Assembly: GCA_005223125.1 (NCBI GenBank)
Contig: NJBH01000002.1
Location: 171,950-235,949, forward strand
Direction: 5' to 3'
From: Promethearchaeota archaeon Loki_b32
Lineage (GTDB): Archaea; Asgardarchaeota; Lokiarchaeia; Sigyniarchaeales; SOKP01
DNA: 64,000 nucleotides
In this document: piece after piece, positions 58,801 to 64,000 of the stretch
How the letters are laid out: each line of letters begins with the position of its first letter
How positions within the stretch are numbered: position 1 is the stretch's first letter
Position numbers and translations under genes: made by a program
The notes under the pieces: model-generated
The model's input: only the letters and a program-made list of their open reading frames with translations
Told to the model about the DNA's origin: nothing
The model's database searches: none

Positions 58801-59850
58801 TAACCATGCCTCAATTTTTACAATATCTGACATGAGAGGGCGATTAGTAATATATTCTTCAGGAATTAATTGAATGGTTCCTTCATCTGTAGTATCATAT
58901 ACTTTGTAAATGTGATAATACTCATCTTTTAACAACTTACCATCTTCATGATTAGCTATATATTCCTCATGATCAACATAAATCGGATAATTTAGGTAAA
59001 ACTCCGGAGCTACCATGGAATCAGAATCAACAAACTGAAGTGAAGGTTTAACTGCCATCATATATGGAATAATCCGATCATAAGACTTATCCTCGTTTGA
59101 ACTGGTCTCCGCGTAAATCTGGTCTTCAAGGTACATAATAGAATTTCTCATGAACTTGACGCGATGATCTCGTGGTTTAGTTGCAGAAATTGTCCCATAG
59201 CTTCCCAAATCATATTCAACAACTTGATAGAAGAATGGATCTAATCGCTCACCCCAATCTGAATAGGCCAAATAACTACGAGTTTGTTGCGAATAATCTA
59301 ATACAATGTTCTTAACTTCAGTACCGAAATTAGTGGTCTTTTCTACTCCAGGTGGAGCAAGAATCACCTGACCAGTATAAATATATTTATCTGTTTCTGC
59401 TTTAACTTCAGAATATATCCCACCTCTGGTCCCTTGAAGTGTATGAGTCATAGTTTCAGAGAAATATTCATCCTTCCACCATCTCTCCGATAATGTCTTA
59501 TCACTATCACTATCATAATTCTCGTTATAGGTTGTCTGATAAGCCATATAATTGTTTCTTTTTTTTGTCTGCTCAATTTGGTTAATAGAATTGATAAGCC
59601 AATAAGTAAGCATTCCAACAACAAACCCAATGGCAGTACCAAGACCCGGGACGGATGAGCCTGCTGCTGAGAATAGAGCAACTAAGCCAATTCCAACAAC
59701 TTTACCCACAACATAAGCAGTTAGTTGAGCGGCTACTTGGAATGCGATATCACCAAAGATTTTTTGTGGAGTAAGCATTTCAATAAACTGATGGGAAGTA
59801 ATTCTCATCGCTAATTCGATTAATTCACTTGATTTACCAGAGTAATCCAT
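55882..59850 (-). CDS. Large (1322 aa) membrane-associated protein with Gly/Ala-rich TM helices and a C-terminal GIY-YIG-like region; probably N-terminally truncated
   Basis: Gly-zipper hydrophobic blocks; VIYAL..EVGYAT..GRH..LEIFY..KFN; GC-richer than flanks; only 5 open codons upstream of the ATG and no SD. Confidence 0.55.
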   Translation of the reverse strand: MDYSGKSSELIELAMRITSHQFIEMLTPQKIFGDIAFQVAAQLTAYVVGKVVGIGLVALFSAAGSSVPGLGTAIGFVVGMLTYWLINSINQIEQTKKRNNYMAYQTTYNENYDSDSDKTLSERWWKDEYFSETMTHTLQGTRGGIYSEVKAETDKYIYTGQVILAPPGVEKTTNFGTEVKNIVLDYSQQTRSYLAYSDWGERLDPFFYQVVEYDLGSYGTISATKPRDHRVKFMRNSIMYLEDQIYAETSSNEDKSYDRIIPYMMAVKPSLQFVDSDSMVAPEFYLNYPIYVDHEEYIANHEDGKLLKDEYYHIYKVYDTTDEGTIQLIPEEYITNRPLMSDIVKIEAWLVDTLGNKRPLGDFVSSHEYNNITGEVTFTSDKDLYFNSEINGAKEDNKGIYWYDAYIVLEFYIEKYRDITVERGDITPEEAQRIATMQSIHQSILEYTYQYTIAERTQERLSEICYTTFITITSTLIVIGATWGLNKAFAGVEANVYANAASKSLTKFGAASKAYEKISTMADQALKTSGRSLAFNMFKVTCAVITETLEELYVDPMIEAYVTNKIKDMGGSEISQILWSGLAESGREQFLSSVTSFMRAGFGGRTQVDTNIQLNSIETQIQDNIENVRATQEAKAQQQIRQEYIKEGLSTILMFAGAMAGGFGGSIGTALGNIMIVAGTSVEGVDSIKDMFGAVLKKEHIQPQKIDTLGPKLISELQAYIAKLDETQRPVPTSQMVEETKNLGSTYGGLTVAVGPVFDEIHIEMYRKAMQEHERELEASELLGKLDMKGNTLSWDPKNPTNPDYLVPRPPKPAMSENDRIIEEFDKAIDEMTDEEKELLFNNREYMNPLKFCDWFIQNRPNSIYVNSFRKVTSHLKKMDTMSWRTPLDRDPIISRRVKLQYRLMRTAKRLGLLGRKDFYVIYALMQKRDLFTGIKLAKPIFEVGYATSPRSMRSITGRHSISLLESLKRTSNVYFRIAYFKSLKAEGAIPKNARFNDYFESVPIDMAATKKQRDNLEIFYTIYVNRINGRMYYNLEKNLKFNAIIGRKYDDRRIRAIVEGISNVPIEVDEAKYYIYISKENLDSAIRFGLEKADLQWYFRESSGVINKILDYYYPSRNWKDIRSEVLTNYLIQLAKSGVQSHDLKNYFYRTKQSAHEVMKNWKDRSFQVEIIPYSRKTVESLLGRTLGSFDEYNSILFELYLKPQLIAMVADGLITKEKLIDVIKGASQLPYLDPSAGGRPSGNAFRWLFQLLFAPDIFTALSNKDYGYVSPELVRDLGLAIEGDLLFNRLMVRRLDFIIEAMFGTTSLSEIYRLLNSGAL

Positions 59851-59971
59851 CTTCCAAACGTCAAATTATACCGATGAGCAGATCCGAGAGTTTTGGAATA
59901 AATGTATTGAATGTCGAAGATCTGGAAAACGGAAAGATTGTGCTTTCTTTAAAAAATCAGACCCTTATTAA

Positions 59972-60160
59972 TTAAAATATAAGGAATCCAAATTGGAGAC
60001 AGATATAGCCTTAATCGAGAATCTTGTAAGGGAGATCCTCAGTCCAATCGAAGAAGCCAGAGCATATATGAATAGGTGGAAAATAATGGAAAAAGATTTT
60101 AACTTAAATTTAAGTTCAGATAATATTCCAAAATTCAATTTACTAAAGAGTAAACTATAA
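59972..60160 (+). pseudogene. ParB/Spo0J fragment
   Basis: Manual translation IALIENLVREILSPIEEARAY matches the ParB ALIENxxRExLxPIEEAxAY signature; no N-terminal ParB domain and no HTH. Confidence 0.75.
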
Positions 60161-60338
60161 GAATAATCATTGTTGGAATTAATATAACAGAAATTATACC
60201 AATTATCCAGAGTTTAACATATTTCTTATTAGAACTCTTTTTAAGTTGTCTTTTTGATAATACTTTACCACCAGAGGCTTCACTTCCCTTAGAGCTTGAT
60301 CCCCGTCCTACATTTCTTTTTGATTTAACCTTACTCAT
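60135..60338 (-). CDS. Small basic protein with C-terminal TM helix
   Basis: Lys/Ser-rich N-terminus, LWIIGIISVILIPTMIILIVY. Confidence 0.5.
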   Translation of the reverse strand: MSKVKSKRNVGRGSSSKGSEASGGKVLSKRQLKKSSNKKYVKLWIIGIISVILIPTMIILIVYSLVN

Positions 60339-60729
60339 AATAAATACTAAGCAGATTTATGTGAAAAAGTCTATTATTAAATAATTAATAATTTTTTTTG
60401 AAAATTTCAAAATTTGGGTAAAATTTTATCTCAGGAAAAAATCGAATCCAGCCCGATATTTCTAACAAAAAACTAATATTTTGAGACTTCAAGCTCTCTA
60501 CTATCAATAGAAGTTGATATGCTGTTATAGGATAAATCATGATCGATGCACTATTTTTGACAAATCAAAAAGTTAAGTAAAAAGTTTAGTTAATTTTTTA
60601 CCGATCGAAAAAATATAATTTTTGCTAAAATGTTCAGAATCTCCCCGAAAATGAGGAGTTTAGAGTGATTAGCTAAGTATTCTCCCCCTGAAACATACCA
60701 AAAATTTCAAAAAAAGCATTTGTCATTTC

Positions 60730-61086
60730 ATGACAAAATTTATTAGTGCAAAAAATAAAATTTTTTTTATGGATTTTGAAAAATTAAAAGAATTGGTTTT
60801 AAGGCTTAAGTCCATTCCAGATGCGGAATCAGAACAACGATTAAAAGAATTGATATTGAAACTCAAGCCTGCCACCGATATAGAAATCTCCGAACGACTA
60901 AGGAAAAAACTGTTAGATTTGGAAGAATCGAAACCTAAAAAAGAAGCAAAGGAAATATTATTAGATTTGGCTGAAGAGCCAAGCGTGCGAATTCATAGTA
61001 GATTGAAAAATCTGAGAAAATGCTCCAAATGTGGAATTCTAACAACAAGTTTTGTATGCCTTTTATGCGGATGTCCTACAGTATAG
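60730..61086 (+). CDS. Hypothetical protein with short helical repeats and C-terminal zinc ribbon
   Basis: LKELVLRLK / LKELILKLK, LLDLEE / LLDLAE repeats; CSKCG..CLLCG. Confidence 0.55.
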   Translation: MTKFISAKNKIFFMDFEKLKELVLRLKSIPDAESEQRLKELILKLKPATDIEISERLRKKLLDLEESKPKKEAKEILLDLAEEPSVRIHSRLKNLRKCSKCGILTTSFVCLLCGCPTV

Positions 61087-61108
61087 GAAAACAGAATTGG
61101 TGATAATT

Positions 61109-61510
61109 ATGACTGTGGAAGAAAAAATAAAGAACGCTTTAAGAATAAAGCGAAAGCTAAAGGTAAAAGGCACTAAGACCTTTAAAGAGTTAGAAGTATT
61201 ATTCGACCCTGAAACGTATCATTCAGTTATCAAAAGAGATATTGCTGAAGAATTTACCTCTATACTCTATTATGATGAGCCAAAATCTATACCGATATTA
61301 AACAAGAAAGTAAACGCAATTGGTATATGTGGATTGATAATAAAAATGCAAGATTGCGAGATTGATGACAGTTTTAGAGTTGCTGAGAATATTGAATATG
61401 AAATAATAATAGGAAGTTCTACGCTCTTGAAATGAAAAATAAAGATTGTAGGGAATGAGCTTGATTTATCAGAAACAAGAAACATAGAATTTAATGTTTT
61501 TAATATATGA
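61109..61510 (+). pseudogene. Retropepsin-like (clan AA) aspartic protease, degenerate, with in-frame TGA
   Basis: EVLFDPETYHSVIKRDIAEE (DTG degraded), EIIIG, TGA at 61433-61435 where Trp is expected, frame continues KIKIVGNELDLSE to 61510; GGTGA upstream. Confidence 0.6.
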
Positions 61511-61579
61511 TAATGCCTGAAATGGAAAGAGCAGAAAGGTAAGAAATAGGTTATTTTAAGGTTATACTTAACACTAATC

Positions 61580-62017
61580 TTATTTGACAGCAATTTCAAC
61601 TGTTTTTGTAAATTCAAATTCGCCCCCTAAAAACCTTCTTTTTCCAACCCCTACAATAAACTTTATTTCATGAGTTCCTGAAGGAGGCTCTACCAGTTTT
61701 TCCCTTCTCTCGATTATTTCATTTGGATTTATAACTGCATCATCTATGGGAATATGCACTACTCCTTCAGCATAAGAGTATGTTATATATAATTTTGGTT
61801 TGTAAGCAATGGATGATCCTGTATTCTGAATACTAATAAGAGTCTTTGTATTCCTGTCTTTATAGGGGGGCAGTTCATTTAGAGAAATATTTATAGTAGG
61901 GATTTGTGTTCTCTTTTTAGATATATAATTTAACAAAAAATGAAGGATACTAATAATAATAGCGAATATAGAGAAAATTAGTGGAATATCTACAGTTTCA
62001 GACATTTTGATTACCAA
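61580..62017 (-). CDS. Membrane-anchored Ig/CARDB-like beta-sandwich protein
   Basis: N-terminal TM, ISIQNTGSSIAY, INPNE, GTHEIKFIV. Confidence 0.55.
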   Translation of the reverse strand: MVIKMSETVDIPLIFSIFAIIISILHFLLNYISKKRTQIPTINISLNELPPYKDRNTKTLISIQNTGSSIAYKPKLYITYSYAEGVVHIPIDDAVINPNEIIERREKLVEPPSGTHEIKFIVGVGKRRFLGGEFEFTKTVEIAVK

Positions 62018-62907
62018 ATCATTATTTTAAACAATGAAACCTAAATAATAGTATCTTATTTATGATCTCTTTTATTAGAATGTCTATTTTTTTTAATCTT
62101 ATTTCTGCGTGTAACAGTAGTTTTAACAATCTTTCCCTTATCAGGGTCACTAACTCTTATTATTTTATTTTTTTCTTCCAACCATTTCACCTTTTTTAAT
62201 CTTTAAATTTATCTTCTTCTCTTACTCTATTTCATATATATAAATTACAATATTTATTTCTTCTTATTACTTGAATTTCAAAGATAAGATATTCAATTTT
62301 TATAATTTATTTCAAATAAATTTCGTCGGAATCCTTAAGAAGAATAATTTTTTATATAGTAGTGGCAAATAATAAACATATTTTTGACTTAGAGGGCAAT
62401 AGTTCTTAATCTTTTAAAATAACTTTGAAAGTCAAGTCAAGTATTATAATTTTTATTTTAATCAATAAAGAAAATATAGTTTCATTATGCTTAATCATTA
62501 TATTTTTTAGCGTTTTCAAGGCATTGATTAGAGATAAAATAATTTCTTTATTCATTCTCATCTCCTTTTTCTTCTTGTTTGAATAAAAATTTAGTAACCT
62601 AAATTCTGACATAAAGAGAAGGGAAGAGAAAAGAAATTTGAGCAATTAAAAAAAATCAGGGAGAGATTAAACTCAATAGAGTTTAATAGAGGGCGAAATC
62701 CAATGTTTAGCTCAAATTATCTTGAAATAAATTTCCCTTCCCTATTTTTATAGATACATTCAAATGTTAAAGCATTTTCATTTTGTGGATGTGACTCAAT
62801 AAATTGCAATTTTATTCTTTCTAGTATATTTACTAAGGTTATGGAAAAATCAATAATTATTCGGAAACAACGAGAGAATTCTAAATTAATAGACATTTAA
62901 GTAATTA

Positions 62908-63102
62908 CTATTCTTCTTTCACTTCCTCCTTCTCTTCTTCTTTTACTTCTTCCTTCTGTTCTTCTTTTACTTCTTCTTTCTCTTCTTCTTTTACTTCTTC
63001 TTCTTTCTCTTCCTCTTTCACTTCTTCTTTCTCTTCCTCTTTTACTTCTTCTTTCTCTTCTTGCTTCCCTTTCTTCTTCTTTTCTTTCTTTTTCTTAACC
63101 AT
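62908..63102 (-). CDS. Lys/Glu low-complexity protein with about 6 tandem EEEKEEVK repeats
   Basis: AAGGTGA SD, ATG, poly-K head, ~24-nt tandem repeat. Confidence 0.55.
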   Translation of the reverse strand: MVKKKKEKKKKGKQEEKEEVKEEEKEEVKEEEKEEEVKEEEKEEVKEEQKEEVKEEEKEEVKEE

Positions 63103-63267
63103 TTTTTAGTCACCTTTTTTCTTAATTTTATTAATAATATAATGAACGTTTTAATTCCCTAACAAATAATAAATATTCAACTTCAATATTTAAACACTTT
63201 TGTATATTATATACGCTTGATATATTGATTGCATTAATTTTTTATATAATGAATATATAATTTATAC

Positions 63268-63441
63268 ATGGTAAATGAAGAAGTAGTAATTTTTCCTGCA
63301 AAACCACAAAAACAAGGAAATTATTATAAAATTGCGATTCCACCAGATTTAATTACAGAAGGAATAATTGATCCAAATGCATTATACGAAATTAGACTAA
63401 GAAAATTAACGAAATATAAAGAAGTAAAAGATGAATCTTAA
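63268..63441 (+). CDS. AbrB/MazE-like small DNA-binding protein (57 aa, below the ORF-track cutoff)
   Basis: FPAKPQKQGNYYKIAIPPDLITEGIIDPNALYEIRL swapped-hairpin pattern. Confidence 0.6.
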   Translation: MVNEEVVIFPAKPQKQGNYYKIAIPPDLITEGIIDPNALYEIRLRKLTKYKEVKDES

Positions 63442-63492
63442 AGCCTTTTTTTAGAGGATAAAATATCAATAGCAAGAAAGAATTATTAAAAA

Positions 63493-63696
63493 ATGAACGA
63501 AAAACATACAATAAAAGATAAAAATATTAGAAATGGATTACGCTGTTTAGCATGTTTTACCTGTGATCAGTATCTACCGTTAGATTATAAAAATGTTGAA
63601 TTGGAACAAGATATAAAAAATTTTAAGGAAAGGCATAGAACCCACATGACAAGCGTAATTGCGCTAAGTGAAATGACCCAATCATACTTGCCTTGA
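63493..63696 (+). CDS. Small CxxC...HxxH zinc-binding protein
   Basis: ACFTC..FKERHRTH. Confidence 0.55.
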   Translation: MNEKHTIKDKNIRNGLRCLACFTCDQYLPLDYKNVELEQDIKNFKERHRTHMTSVIALSEMTQSYLP

Positions 63697-63727
63697 CTTG
63701 CATGTTTATTACCAACCATAGCCATAT

Positions 63728-63904
63728 AGTTTCGATTGCCATGTATATTGCATTATTAATGTTAATAATTATAAAGCTATACAATTATTACAACAATTTG
63801 AGAAAACACATCGTGGACATAGAACTCAAATAATAAACATTGATGAATTAAAAACAAAAGCCCCATCGGACATTGGTTATACATGTGTATCAGACTTGAA
63901 TTGA
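63728..63904 (+). pseudogene. Degraded tandem paralogue of 63493-63696
   Basis: SFDCHVY..QQFEKTHRGHRTQIINIDEL aligns to CFTCDQY..KNFKERHRTHMTSVIALSEM; in-frame TAG at 63719, no start. Confidence 0.55.
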
Positions 63905-64000
63905 GAGGAGTAATATAAAATACCATTCCCAACTAAAAGAGAAATGGAATATATGAGGAAATATATCTATGATCATTTAGATAACTTTCATGGAACATTA

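Noticed and set aside
60339-60729. Replication origin or ORB elements in the intergenic gap
   Set aside because: Only two short TCTCCCC words; no convincing ORB repeats and no adjacent cdc6/orc1 or rep gene
61433-61435. TGA as selenocysteine
   Set aside because: The position corresponds to Trp rather than Cys in this fold, and I could not identify a SECIS-like hairpin
265-61617. Many short ORF-track calls antisense to or overlapping real genes (e.g. 265-528, 8568-9026, 13237-13503, 23017-23379, 45529-45873, 53113-53448, 61270-61617)
   Set aside because: Shadow frames of well-supported genes, with Phe/Ser/Ile-rich composition typical of antisense AT-rich DNA and no motifs
62406-62645. 79-aa minus-strand ORF
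   Set aside because: No motif and composition consistent with random AT-rich sequence; may be a remnant but unsupported
1-64000. CRISPR array, rRNA or tRNA genes
   Set aside because: No regularly spaced repeat-spacer pattern and no GC-rich structured RNA-like segment seen by eye; a covariance-model scan was not possible

Overview
AT-rich archaeal genomic DNA. The gene content (Roadblock/LC7, longin/NPR2-like, Rpn11/CSN5-like JAMM paralogues, MglA/Arf-like GTPase, PAC2, AfpA, GGTGA-type ribosome-binding sites) points to an Asgard archaeon, probably Lokiarchaeia; this is inference, no search was run. Bases 1-41.5 kb are mostly core-type genes: Fe-S assembly (IscS, IscU), CopA, cysteine synthase, a beta-CASP nuclease, hydrolases, FprA and a ChlI/ChlD-like AAA-VWA protein, plus three catalytically intact JAMM/MPN+ proteins with long helical/coiled-coil tails. 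Two integrase-free insertions are bounded by long direct repeats made from host protein-coding genes. One is a ~2 kb islet at the 3' end of fprA (151-bp repeat). The other is a ~7.7 kb island that splits a glycerophosphodiester phosphodiesterase gene (176-bp repeat) and carries HEPN-like, Abi-like, GIY-YIG and small membrane proteins, so it is a likely anti-virus island. At 51.9-54.7 kb an NPRL2/longin-like protein, a multi-TM protein and an MglA-like GTPase lacking its intrinsic arginine finger sit together, a candidate proto-GATOR-type switch. The last ~8 kb is a mosaic of mobile-element debris, including a GC-richer 1322-aa membrane protein with a divergent GIY-YIG-like domain, a ParB remnant and small pseudogenes. 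At least three core genes appear to start at ATT/ATA codons. I recognised no rRNA, tRNA or CRISPR array.
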